DNA from: Coniocarpon cinnabarinum
Taxonomy: Eukaryota
Length of the DNA: 64,000 bases
Assembly: GCA_051942205.1 (NCBI GenBank)
Contig: JAVECO010000018.1
Coordinates: 1-64,000, forward strand
Direction of reading: 5' to 3'
The notes under the pieces are model-generated. The model was given only the letters and a program-made list of their open reading frames with translations. It did not search any database and was not told the origin of the DNA. Shown here in pieces: positions 35,860 through 48,083 of this stretch; position 1 is the stretch's first letter, and every line of letters begins with the position of its first letter. The translations under genes were made by a program, and so were the position numbers.

Positions 35860-37210
35860 TCACCTCTTCCTAGATTTCCCCGTAGGCACCGTGACAGCAC
35901 CATCCGAATTAATCCCCACCGCCGTCGCGGCCCCCTCCGCACTCTGCGACGGCGGGGGCAAACTCGCGAAGCCCACGCGATTACCGCCATAGTCGAAGAC
36001 GGTATAGACTGACTGCAGGAATTCCTTGCCGAGCGTCATGCCGGACTGGCGGCCGCCGGAGAGGGTGGAACTGCACATTTTGGAGTCGTCGGCCATGGGT
36101 GATCCGGCGTCTGTTTGTGGCAGCGTTAGTTTTTGTGTGCGTGGGACCTTATAAAGTGAGGGGATCGGGGGATGGTGGGTTGGCTTTGGGATTTGAGGTT
36201 GGCTTACTGATGAGTAATGAGTTGGGTACTTTGAGCTTTGTGTTGCCGATGGATATTTCGAAGGTGGAGGAGCCGAGGTCGCAGGGGAGTTGGTAGTCGG
36301 TTTGCTTGCCTTTTTGCAGACCTACGTGGTGAGAGTGTCAGCGGTTGATGTCCGTGGATCACACAATCTTTGACTCGTCAGAGGAAGGATATGGCAATCA
36401 CTCACCGCCGCCAAGTGCATCCATGACCTTCTTGATGTCACCGTCGGTGAAGCCAATGCCCGGCGTCCCCGTATCAATGAAGCCCTGCTGGTTGCCTGCC
36501 AAACCCAGATCCTTGCCATTTACAGAAGCGCCCGCCACATTGACAGTCCACGTGCCATCGGTCCCGACGTTGTCGGCGTACGTGATGCCCTGCTGAACGT
36601 ATTTATCGTCAGGGGCGCCCCAGTCGACTTGCCCCACAACAGTACTGTCCTACGAAACACTGGGCCAGACAGGGTTCTGCATGCGGATACCAACGACCTG
36701 TGGCGAGACTTGCGGCGAGAGCATCTTCCAAGCAGGTGAGTCTCCACCTTGAGGGCCCAGACCCATGATCCCGCCGTAGATCTGAATGCCACCCGTAACT
36801 TGGTTCATGACGCGGAAGGTCTTGTCCGGCAAGTCGAGCTTGTCGAAGTGGATGGGATCAGTGGCGTCTTCACCCGCGGCGCCGCCACCGGCATAGGTGG
36901 TTGGTGTGTAAGTGACGCCGGTCATTTTCATGGTTGAGGAGTTGCTTTTGATGGCGGCGGTGTTCACCCAAAGGTAGCCGTGGGATCCGGAGTCTAGAAT
37001 GACATGGATTGGATCCTTGCCTTTGAAGTATCATGCGTCAGTGTGGCTCGAAGTGGAAATGTTTTGCATACGCTTCGAGTACTCACTGTCGCCGATGGTG
37101 ACTGCGATGCCCGGAAAATTGTTCCCGCCATAAACCTGGCTGGTAGCTACCGGCCCTGCGTGAACGGTGGAAGCTGCTAGGAGGGCAGCTGAAATAAGTG
37201 TGGACTTCAT
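35860..37210 (-). pseudogene. Secreted pepsin-like aspartic protease (A1) with one in-frame TAG at 36652-36650; exons 37210-37087, 37020-36406, 36321-36208, 36110-35860 (pseudogene or recoded gene)
   Basis: Signal peptide, both catalytic motifs (VILDSGS, FIDTGT), GIMGLG, YQLPCD and LG..FLQSVYTVFDY..NRVGFA. Three canonical introns. Reading frame ...RMQNPVWPSVS*DSTVVGQVDWGAPDDKY. Confidence 0.8.
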
Positions 37211-38611
37211 AAATGCACTGAATGATCGTTGACGTGGACTATGGAGAAGAGAATGACCTAAACGAACGACTGAAAGAATGAGAGTGGTTGACAAAGTCTA
37301 CAATGGCATTGAAATGATTGAATGAATGTCAAGAACAGAGTCGCAAGGACCTACAAAGCCACTGACTGGCTCGCAATGTCGACGATGGGCTGAGATATAT
37401 CTCCAGAGAGCGACAGTAAGCAGTTTATGTGGAGTGCCGAGCATGGGTCCACGAGCTCTGGGCAAGTGGACCTGGACGGGCCCAAGGTGATCGCACCTGA
37501 GCCGCATGCAAGTCTCGCGTCGATGAGGAGAGGTTCACACGGCCTCGCTGTCGTCGGAGTTTGGCGATACGCATAAGGTTCTGGTTGAGGCTTATTATTG
37601 GCTGCAGTGTTCCGGTGATGCCCACGTTTCAGTTTTGCGAGCCGCGTTAAGACGGGTCCTGTGTCGGATCGATAAAGACTACAAGATCCCGTCAGGAACG
37701 CCGCGCAAAATGCCTACCCAGAAATGTGAAGCTCTGTTTGCAGGAATGATCGTGACATCTTGCACGCCTACACTGTTGATCACAAACGGATGGAGACCCC
37801 CTCAGACAGGATGACCATCAAGCTGGACATGATGAAATGTGTCAATTGCTTACTGAACCTTTGTCTGTTTCTAGGAACCGGGCATGCCGCACACGGCAAA
37901 GACTGAATCGGACGCCTGGTTTCAGGTCTGAGGCTCGTACGGCATGGCGGCTCAACCGTCTTGGCAGCATCACCACAAGGTCACGCCTGGGACGAGAGTT
38001 GCTGTGGACATGTGCGAGTGACTGAACTCGTGGGTGGGAAGAGCTTGATTTCAGACTCATCGATACTCTCAGAAGAAAAGCAAAAGTCTCGATCTTGGAA
38101 TGTAGTGAAGCTTGCACATGTCACGTGTTCAGGCTCACCCACAGTTGCGGCGCGTATCCGAATGTCATTCTGTCTTAAACGCTGGCTATGAGTTGGACAG
38201 CTGGCGTAAAGACTTCTCTGACTGTGACATCTTCCAGAATGTTGGCATTGTGGTCGTAAGCCCTGGGATGAAGCATCTCAGCGGCGCCTGCTCTTTGCAT
38301 TGCTGCTGCCGACGAGATTAGGTCAATAGCATTTCACTGACTTGCTCTTTGCTATAGTATTCTGCTGGCGCATTTGAATTCGATGAAATCGTTCTTCGAG
38401 GCCCACTCCGTCATGGTGAGCTCGACCCATTGTTCGCTGTGATAATGTCTTAAGGTCACGGGTATGATATATACCTGTTAAGATTGGATAAAGTTTTGCC
38501 GCCCCAGAAGTTCCGAGGTATGCGGAGCTGCGACCATTGATTGACTCGTAGTCTTATCCCTCCTTCTATGCAATGAGATGATAATCAGATGGATGGCTGC
38601 ACGTCGGCGCG

Positions 38612-41600
38612 ATGGGAATCAGCACGATCGCCTTGGGCGCGTCGATGGCGCCGACGGTCATCGATACCTGGTTCTCGCATGTATGCTTCCCGCGGTACTC
38701 ATCCTGCGCAAACATGCTGATTGATGATCCAGTTTCTAAAGCGCAAGCAACGTAAACAGAAGCCCACAGCTCACATCAGCTATGATGCGGGCCTCAACCT
38801 CATTCGCAAATTCCTCGTATTTGCAGGTTCGCAAACGATCGAGGACATTCAGGCCTTCACTGGCCAGAGAGCCCCCATCCCCAGCTGGGTAAAGGCTGAA
38901 AATGTCGAGGTCCCAGCACAACATCTTGAGCAAGCAGCGCAGCTTTTGCAAAATCAGTTGGGTAATGAGGGAGTGCACGCGGTCGGAGGGAGAACGTGGT
39001 GGCAATGGCGGCAGGATGACAACAAGCTTCATGCAGAGTGGATAGAAATGGACAAAGATTACAAGCTCAGGACGCGCAATAAGGACCAGTGTCGGAGGAG
39101 CATGCTATACATACCAGGCGGCGCATACTACTTTGGTGGTGTAGATGCGCATCGATATCAGATCCAGCGACATGCGCGCAAATTGCAGGCTCGAGTCCTT
39201 GCCCCACGATATCGCCTTGCTCCTCAGTTCCCCTTCCCGTGCGGCTTATTGGACTGCCTGGCGGCGTATCTGTACCTTCTCACGGAGCAAGAGCCGGAAA
39301 CCATCGTCATTGGTGGTGACAGTGCTGGAGGCGGCATGGCGTTGAGTTTGCTTGTCATTATACGAGATCAAGGGCTACCCATGCCCGCTGGTGGTATTTT
39401 GCTGTCTCCATGGGTTGACCTGTCGCATTCATTTCCCAGTGTGGCCGCGCAAAGCAACAATTTGGACTACGTACCTTCAGACGGATTCCATCACAAGCCT
39501 TCGATGAGCTGGCCACCGCCTAGCGCAGAGAGTATGGCAACCCTGGATACAGTGATGATCGAGCTGGAACATGGCAAGAAAATCTCGGCCAAGACTTTGC
39601 GTGAGCAGGCAAGAGAACGAGTCGAAAAAGGTAAAAGGAAAGAGCAAGTCGACAGCCCCATGGTAGCTAATGATACCTCGACTGCTGAACAGACCACTTC
39701 GAAGGAACACGCTCATCCCACACACCACAGCAACCTGTTCTGTGATATTGACGGTAAGACTACTGAGATCCAGGATCAGATTCAATTCTACGCTCCAAAC
39801 GAACTTCTAGCACATCCTTTGGTCTCACCAGTCATGCAATCAACGCTCGGGGGACTGCCGCCCCTATGCATTCTCGCGGGCGGCGGCGAGCTCCTGAGTG
39901 ATGAACAAATCTATCTTGCTCACAAGGCAGCGAACCCAGCAGCGTATCCTCCGCCATCCATCGAAGACTATTCACCGGGCAATGTACCTCATCCCAACTT
40001 GAATGATCGGGCCACAATCGATAGTGCCATTGCAAGGCATCCCCCTACATATGTTCAACTCCAAGTATGGGATGACTTGTGCCATGTAGCAACCACGCTC
40101 AGCTGGACTCGACCCGCCAAGTACATGTATCGAAGCTTTGCACAATTCGGCGCATGGGCTTTAGCACGTGCACAGATGAGCGAGATCCGGATTCTGGACG
40201 ACGATGACATCTCGTTTATCAGTAGTCAATCGTCGGAATACGACGACTCTGATGACCCTTCATCTTCTCGCAAATCGACTGACACACGTAAGACGCGCAG
40301 ATCGGAGAAAGACGCAGAGGGTCACATCAAGACTAGGAGAGTTGAGTCTGGGTTACATAGACCTTCCACACCACGCGCTGTCGGTCGTGCTGGTGATCCT
40401 CTCCCATTATTCAAAGAACACATGATTCGACAGCGCGTCACTCGACATGGTGATTTGTATGCTTTGGACCCTCCATCAACATTGGCAGCTACAACAATGC
40501 CTCCTACGGAAGTTGGCAAGATCAAGCAAGGACCTGTAAAAAAGTGGATGGCATTTCAAAGGATGCTCGACTCTCGGTTTGGCGACCTTAAACGAGACAT
40601 ACAAAGTAAACGTTTGCAGCAAATGGCCGAATCGACGGGCGGGCGTGGAATGATTTTCACAGCTGGTCGTGAGAACACCATGTTGATTGGTGAGGAACAG
40701 CCACCTCCGACTGCCCTCGCAGGACGAACACGAAAGGACCTTGGTGCGATGGGGATGTTGAGGAAGCCAAGGGACAAAATGAGCACAGGGCTGTCGATGT
40801 GGTCTGGGTTGGGAAGCAAGCATGACGAACAGGCAATAGAAAAAGAAGACGAAAAAGTCAAACACAAAGCTGATGTGACCATGTCTGTCATCAATGTTCG
40901 AAGGCGGCAATCCTTAAATCTACTGGGCAGCGGACCAATACCTGGCGGTGGCCCACTTGATGCGGGACAGGCAGCTGAAGTCATACCATCAGGGTCAAAT
41001 AGTCAACGTGCCCAGCCTGCAGCAACCGGATTTGAAGCTAGCACGGCCGTCGCAGCTGTTCCAGCTACTCAGGGAGAGCCGTCAGGGTCCACAATACCAC
41101 TCAACGAAGTGGACGCAAAGCGAGTATACCGCTCGCCTGCCGCACCCACGGTTATATCACCCAGACCAGAAGAGAGTGCAGGCACCGGACTTGCCAAGCA
41201 ACGTACTGACTCTTCAAATTATCCCATCGTTTCTGCAGGCGACAGCAAGTCTCTTCCTGCTATTGTGCCTTTCAAGCTTGCGAGACCCGACGATCTGAAT
41301 ACAGCCCAAGCGAGTACACTGACGTTGGACGAAGCTGACGGCACGATACAGCCGGATTCTGCAACGCTGCCACCACCTGGATTCCAGCACCAAGGCATCG
41401 CCAGCAACTTGACGCCTGTCGAAAGGGACTCAGTCGCCCCTCCGGAGTCTGTAAGTCACCTCAATGGCTTGAACAATACAGCGACGGATGGAATGACAGG
41501 CGCCGGTCCTTTGACCAATCATAGTAATTTCGGCTCGGCGACTGAGATATCCAGACCTAGTACAGCCGGTGCTAACGCATCACGACCCATCAGTCCCGGC

Positions 41601-42053
41601 TCTGAAGAAGTTTATGACAATCTAATGGAAGCACAACCGGCGCAAGCGCAAGCCGTTCGCATCAGCCATGCACGAGCAAGCAGCAAAGGCAACATCGACG
41701 CTGCAGCAATGGCAAAGCTGGCAAATATAGAGAACGAGCAACCTGCAATGCCAAATCGTGATGCTGGAGCCCACGACCGGCAAAGCTTCGAGCACGACAA
41801 TGCACGTACAGAAAAAGATGATGAAGCGCGTCCAAGCGCTAATGGGATTGAGATCCCGAAGATTGGCGTGCTACATGGCGCTGAAAAGAATACAGCGGGC
41901 GAGCTGAACAACGCACAGGAAGATAGTAGTAATTGGGCGGATACTGTCAGCAAAGACGTAGACGATGTTGGAGGCGGTGTTGAGACTCCTGGAATTGGCG
42001 AAAAAGCGGAAAGGCCTGGGTTTGAACGATTCGTGACGGCGGACCAGCTTTAA
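38612..42053 (+). CDS. Alpha/beta hydrolase (HSL-type lipase/esterase) with long disordered C-terminus; exons 38612-38680 and 38733-42053
   Basis: Motifs GGRTWWQWR, YRLAPQFPFPCGLLDCLAAYLYLL, GDSAGG, LLSPWVDL, LGGLPP, DDLCHV. Intron 38681-38732 GTATGC..CTGAT..CAG. Confidence 0.9.
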
Positions 42054-42252
42054 GTGGGAGGCAACTTGAGATTATGTCTTTGGGTCAAGACTAGGTATGG
42101 TTCGGCTGTTTACACGGTTTGTTGGCCACAGGTAATACGTATGTAATGCTGGATATACCCTAATATAGGCAACAGTCATGGTGCAGAGCCTTAGATTCGC
42201 TGTCCTCCACAGCTTGGTATATCGCTGCTTCATGTGTTCGTCCATCATCATC

Positions 42253-42951
42253 TCACCTCTTCCCCCTCTTCACAACCTTGGTGAACCCCTCCTCGTCTAC
42301 CTCCTCCACCCGTCGGCTCCTCCCCTCATTCGGCACATCCACCATCTCAACATCCCCATTCACACTTACACCTCCATCCTCCTCATCCTCATCCTCACTA
42401 CTGCTCTCGTCCTCGCCCCCCTCTCGTTGCCCCCTCACAATCCCAACCACCTTCTCCTTCCCTCGCTTCTGCTTCTCCTCCCATCGTGCATACCACGCGC
42501 GAATCTCACTCCACCACCGCTCTCCCTCCTCCAGGTTATAACACCGCGCACACCACGTCAAGATATCTCGAGCCAAGTCAACTTCACTGTCGTCTTCAAG
42601 CCTAACGTCGAATTCATCTTGCATGACCTGTAGTAATAGCGTTTCGACATCTTCCTGATCGACGGCTGGCGGTGGCAGCGGCGGACGGGAGTTCGCGGGG
42701 CTCTTGGGTGCTGGAGGTGGCTCAAAGAGGTCGGACAGCACGCCGCAGAGCCAGTCTTTTTTCGCGGCTGAATCGGGACCGCCCCAGGACTCGGAGATGG
42801 CGAGGGCGAGCGGGGGCCAGGAGGAGAGGAGCAGTGCGATGCTTAGTGTGAGGTGGGTGTGTGCTTGGGTGAGGAAGGTCTGGGTGGGTGTGGTGGGGTT
42901 CGTAGGGATGTTGGAGGCGGCGAGATTGCGAGGCTGGGATATCGTGGCCAT
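42253..42951 (-). CDS. TSR2: Pre-rRNA-processing protein Tsr2 (WGG domain)
   Basis: Motifs W..L.LAI...WGG.DS..KKDWL, LLQVMQDEFDV.LEDDS, acidic tail, VDEEGFTKV. First ATG at 42951. Confidence 0.9.
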   Translation of the reverse strand: MATISQPRNLAASNIPTNPTTPTQTFLTQAHTHLTLSIALLLSSWPPLALAISESWGGPDSAAKKDWLCGVLSDLFEPPPAPKSPANSRPPLPPPAVDQEDVETLLLQVMQDEFDVRLEDDSEVDLARDILTWCARCYNLEEGERWWSEIRAWYARWEEKQKRGKEKVVGIVRGQREGGEDESSSEDEDEEDGGVSVNGDVEMVDVPNEGRSRRVEEVDEEGFTKVVKRGKR

Positions 42952-43327
42952 GACGCTTGCAACCACGATTCAGAGGTCCGTGATCTGGTTTAGACTTGGT
43001 TGATCGTGAAGCCAATTGCCACAGATATTGAAATGTGAAGCTGCAAAGCCGGCTTTAGCGGAGATCTGATTATATTTAGTACGTCATGTCTTGCAATACC
43101 CACCTAGCTAGCGTGCTAGCTTATACGTAAGACGATCGTATCGGAGCCAGACCGCGCGGGACGATTATAGTTTGTAGGAGTTTGAAGGGTTCAGCGTGGT
43201 GTTGAGCACCAAACATTTCTGACAAGCTAGACTCTCCCCACTTGTCAGAATGCTAGGAAATATCTACAGCACCCACAACCTATAAATACCGTGTCTACTC
43301 CCCGGGCAAGCAGCCCTCCGCCGCACC

Positions 43328-44992
43328 ATGGCAGCAACAGCTCCGCAAACACAAGACGAACGCACGCCACTCCTCCGCAAACCCTCCCAAAGCCAACAAC
43401 CTCTAACGCCTTTTCCCACTCCCAGCTCACCGCCTGCCGAGGACCCCATCCCTCCTGTTCCTGCTCCCACGGAACCCTCAACCCCCCGCCTCACCCTCAT
43501 CCTCGCCAGCACCTGGCTCGGCGTCTTCCTCTCCGCCCTCGACACCACCATCCTCGCCACCCTCTCCAGTCCGATCTCCGAGTCCTTCGAGTCGTTCACG
43601 CTCTTCTCCTGGCTCGCGTCCAGCTACCTTATCGCTAATGCCGCGCTGCAACCGCTCTCCGGAAAATTGACGGATATTTTCGGTCGACGGAATGGACTGC
43701 TGTGGGCGAATGCATTTTTCGCGGCGGGGACGCTCATCTGTGGGCTCGCAAGGGCAGAATGGGTGATTATACTCGGACGAGTCGTCGCTGGGCTTGGGGG
43801 CGGGTGCTTGAATACGATTACGACGTTTGTGGCGAGTGATTTGGTGCCGTTGCGGCGACGAGGGTTGATTCAGGGATTGGCGAATATTTTCTTTGGATTG
43901 GGGAGTGGAGTGGGTGGTGTGTATGGGGGATGGATCTCGGATGTGTGGAATTGGCGGGCTGCGTTTTTGATACAGGTGCCGTTGATTGTGCTGTCGGCTA
44001 TCATCGTGGGGTTGACATTGAATATCCCGGTCAAAGAGACTGACAAGAGCAAGATCAAGCGTGTGGACTTCTCTGGGGCAGCGGCGCTGGTTACGACGCT
44101 GGTCTTGCTACTGCTGGGATTGAACAGTGGTGGAAATATCGTGCCTTGGAGTCATCCGATGGTTTATGTGAGTTTGGCACTGTCTGTCGTTGCATTTGCG
44201 GTGTACATCTACGTGGAAGAGAAGGTAGCGAGCGAGCCAGTGATACCAGTGCGATTGATGCTGAAGCAGACGGTGGCAGCGGCGTGTTTGAGCAATTGGT
44301 TCGCGAGCATGGCGTGGTTCTCGTTTCTTTACTACGGTCCGATCTATTTTGAGGTGCTCGGATACTCCTCAGGTGCGGCAGGAGCGAGACTGATACCACC
44401 CTCCATTGGGGCTGCGTTCGGAAGCCTGGGCAGCGGCTTTGTGATGCGAGCAACAGGGAAGTACTACATCCTGAACGCGGTCCTCACCGGTGTCATGGTG
44501 GCGAGCGCTGGATTGAGCATTGGCGTCTTGAATGGCGCAAGTCCTGAGTGGCAGCCGTTTGTCGTCTTCGCCTTCTTCGGGGTTGGCTACGCATCTTTGA
44601 TCACCATCACCTTATTGGCATTGATCAGTGCCGTGGACCACGAGCACCAGGCTGTCATTACGTCCGCCAGCTACGCTTTCAGGAGTACAGGGAGCACCAT
44701 CGGCATCAGCATCTCGAGCGCCATCTTCGCAAACTTATTGAAGATCCGGCTATGGGAAAACATTGGTGGCGAAGAAGGTGCGGCGCAGTGGATTTCACGG
44801 ATAAGAGACGACTTGGGCGTGCTCAAGTTGTTGCCGGATGAGCTTCGAGACCGGGCGTTGCAAGCGGCCCTGGAGGCACTGAGGAGCGTGTGGTGGACCG
44901 GCTTTATCCTTTCGGTGCTCGCATGGATATTTGGTCTAATGATGAAAGAGAACGTATTGCACAAAAATCTAGAACGAACGTCGACTCGATGA
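43328..44992 (+). CDS. MFS transporter, 14-TM DHA2/Vba-like family
   Basis: Motifs FLSALDTTI, W.ASSYLIANAALQPLSGKLTDIFGRR (motif A), GRVVAGLGGG, SDLVPLRRRG, many TM helices. Confidence 0.92.
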   Translation: MAATAPQTQDERTPLLRKPSQSQQPLTPFPTPSSPPAEDPIPPVPAPTEPSTPRLTLILASTWLGVFLSALDTTILATLSSPISESFESFTLFSWLASSYLIANAALQPLSGKLTDIFGRRNGLLWANAFFAAGTLICGLARAEWVIILGRVVAGLGGGCLNTITTFVASDLVPLRRRGLIQGLANIFFGLGSGVGGVYGGWISDVWNWRAAFLIQVPLIVLSAIIVGLTLNIPVKETDKSKIKRVDFSGAAALVTTLVLLLLGLNSGGNIVPWSHPMVYVSLALSVVAFAVYIYVEEKVASEPVIPVRLMLKQTVAAACLSNWFASMAWFSFLYYGPIYFEVLGYSSGAAGARLIPPSIGAAFGSLGSGFVMRATGKYYILNAVLTGVMVASAGLSIGVLNGASPEWQPFVVFAFFGVGYASLITITLLALISAVDHEHQAVITSASYAFRSTGSTIGISISSAIFANLLKIRLWENIGGEEGAAQWISRIRDDLGVLKLLPDELRDRALQAALEALRSVWWTGFILSVLAWIFGLMMKENVLHKNLERTSTR

Positions 44993-45323
44993 CAGAGGAA
45001 ATAGAGATGGCGTTTTGCAATAGCGTTACGAGATGATTTGAAACGTTCAAAAGTACATCGAATGAAGCTTTATAAAGCAAAGAAGTTCAAGGATTCATTC
45101 AGGAGCTTATCCTTCTGCATTCTTGAGCCAGTTAGAGTCCAGCAGAGTCGCTGTTGAGGGGGGATAGTAGCACATACTATACATCTCAGAGACCAGTAGC
45201 AGGTGACAATTCGTCTCGGCGTAGATCAATTTAAAGTTTAGAGTAGTAACAAAGGCTTGGATGTAGAAGGCATGGTTTCGTTGCATGTTCTCATGAATTT
45301 GAGTGGATACTTTGCAAAGGACG

Positions 45324-47748
45324 TCACATCCTTCTAAAGACATTGCCGCTTGCACTCCTTCGCTCACCTTTCTTGCTCCTGCTTACACCAGTACCGGCCT
45401 CATCCCCATCACCATCCCTTTGAGCTCTCGACTTCTGCTTGTTTCCCACAACAAACGTAGTTTCTTTTTCGCCCACAACGTTACCGCCTTTCCTACCAGC
45501 CGCATCTCTCTTCGTGCCACTGAAGCCGTTGTTCTGGGATAACCGCGTGCCGAAGGATTCAGACGCTGCAGCCCAGATGGGTTGAGCGTTTGACGACGAC
45601 ACGCGCATCGTGATATCGCGCTTCTTCACTGGTTTCTTCTCTAGCTTGCTTCTCTTCTTCTTTCGACCCAGTGATGCTTCGTACTGTTCCCGGACTGGAT
45701 CTCTTCTCTCCTCTGGTCTGCCATTCTGCAAATCTTTCTCCTCGCCGTCGCTTTCTTCAGCCTCACTCGATGAGTCTGGGCCCCTGCGCTCTTCAAGCTC
45801 TTCCTCCTCCACCGCTGTCAAACCTGTACCCTTTGCGAGACTCCTCTGATATTCCTTGTTCTGCTGCTGTATCTTCGTGCTCGCGTTCAGAGCGCGGAAC
45901 TCGTTACTGGTTTCGTCAACAGCATATGATGGATCTTTGAACAAGGCTGAGAAACGGTCGTCGCTGAGAAGACCTGGTCGCGGCTGTAATACGGCCCCAT
46001 CAGACTGAGCTTTAGCCTCATTCGCATCGCCGTCAGCTGGAACATCATCCGCAGAGCGATCATTGGTCTCTTGCTCTGCTTTTCGCAGGGCGCGTCGCGC
46101 CTTCTGCTGTTCATGTTTCTTCTGTCGCTCAACGAGCTTATCAGCCAGAGCTTGATTCACCTTCACGTTCAGCTTCTTCGAGCCACGTATTCGAGATTCG
46201 CGCTCCTTCTCAATGCGTTCTCGAATTTTCTTTTCTCGCTCTTCAGCCCAGACTTCTGGCTGCGCGACTAACCGCGCCTCCTCATACAAGCGCTGTTGCA
46301 CGAAGAAACCGTGCATGTAGGGTCGAACCATGCCAGTCGTTCCGATCAGATGCGACAGTCCCAGAGCGTCCATCTGAGGCTGGGTCAGAAACTTGTAGTT
46401 GTCATATACCTCACCTCCCTGGCCAAGAGCGGTGTTCTCATAGGCATTGGGGTCGCTAGCGTCCTCCGCCATCTCTTCGACCATGTTGTCGAGGAAGGAA
46501 CACCAACGTGGCGCTGGGCCAAGTGCAGGTATCAGAAACGAATGCTGTTGCTGGCCTTCATTGGCAGTAAGGATCATGCCCGTGTCAGAAACCCATTCCA
46601 CGCAATTCAGGTCAACAGTGGGTTCGACTGCAGTCCAAGGATCTCCTCTTCGTGCGTCCCAGAGTTTGATGATGCGCTTATCCGCGGAAAGAACTTTTGG
46701 TTCCGCAGAGAGATGTGAGGTTCGGCTTGACGTTGAGGTTAGAAATTTGAGTGTCTGTACGGGATAACCGTAGCCGTGGTCTTTTTCAAGCAGCGGTCGG
46801 GAGGAACGAAGGTCATAGAGGTGGATGAGCCCCGTGCTGGAGCCAGCACCGACTGTGAGGCCTGAAGGATGGAATTGGAGTGCGGTTACCTCGGTGGGCG
46901 CCAGTGCATCTGCACTGTTTAATATTGACTGTAGTGGATCGATGGGAGGTGCAAGCAGTGCGACTCTCGATTTCTGGCGCGGATCGAAGAACTCAATCGT
47001 ACCCTTGGAAGTTCCGAACGCCAGAAGGCCATGTGATTCATGTGCAATAGCAGCGCAATTCACAGCTCCAGTGCTGACTCCGCCCTGCAACGTCTCTGTG
47101 CTAGTCGGGTCTGTTCTATCTCCACCCACATCCACGGCATAACTGCGCATGAAGCGGCCAAGCTCTAGGTTGAGTCGGAAAACTTCGCCACTGCCACTCG
47201 CACCCAAGCCAACGGCTGGTATCACAACCTCTGCTGATCTTCGGTCATATTTCAGATCGCGGCCGTATCGAGGTACACGCGTAGTGTAATGGCGACCAGA
47301 AGGAGTGTGGAACTCAAGGGAGCGGTCGGTTTGCAGATGTAAGGACTTCGTATAGTCTGAGGAAAGAAGCTCGAAAGAGTGATTCAGGGCGTCAGTGTGG
47401 TGGCTGTATGAGAGGGAAAGTTGCGCCGTGGAGTGAACATGGATCTGCGGTTTGTATGTTCCTATTGTTCAGAGTCTTGTTAGTCTTTTGATAAGAGCAT
47501 ACCAACGTTGGATGCGCATTTTCCGAGCTACCGGTACTAACAACCCAATCACCGTCCTCGCTGACCCTTATGCATTGGCTGGCCTCTTCAAATTCAAAGT
47601 CTTGGAGGAGCTCGACTCGGTTGGCGTATTCTGGGTCGTGTTTCAGACTGCGCTTTCGTTTGCGCGCCACCCAATCAGGAAGTTGTCTTGAGGTGTTTGA
47701 TCCAGAGATGGTATATACTGGGACATTGGATCGATTTGTGAGCTTCAT
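45324..47748 (-). CDS. ENP2: Ribosome biogenesis WD40 protein Enp2/NOL10; exons 47748-47532 and 47461-45324
   Basis: Motifs RVELLQDFEFEEAS, TGTYKPQIH (across intron 47531-47462, GTAGCT..CTAAC..TAG), LGPAPRWCSFLDN, VYDNYKFLT, YMHGFF, NUC153-like DDRFSALF. Confidence 0.95.
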
Positions 47749-48083
47749 GTCGCTTACTCAAATCAGCTGCCTAGCCGATTTGCAATACAAATATCCACAA
47801 CTGAATATGGCTTTTGCCAAGATTTCGTTTTAGCGCGGACATTTCGAGTCAACCTGCAATGCTTAGTCAGCCGGCCGTCTTGATCTCAGCTTGTATGCAT
47901 CCCCAACACTGGATTATGTGATCAAGTGGGAAGTTTCGAAAAGCTTGGAGAATACCTTTGTCGAAAAGCTCCGCTCACCTTCTCTTTGATCGTCTTATAT
48001 ATGTATATGTTCAGCCGTGCAACTGTCTCCTACCTGCATCACTGGCGGGTGCCTTGAGATCCGCCTTTTTATTTTTTTTACCA

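Noticed and set aside
36650..36670. 21-nt GT..TAG micro-intron that would remove the protease stop
   Set aside because: Far shorter than the other introns here (51 nt or more in supported genes), with a non-consensus donor (GTCTGG) and no branch site.
37829..37931. Possible C/D-box snoRNA (ATGATGA ... CTGA)
   Set aside because: No convincing terminal stem, and the putative guide is only a mismatched resemblance to 18S rRNA.
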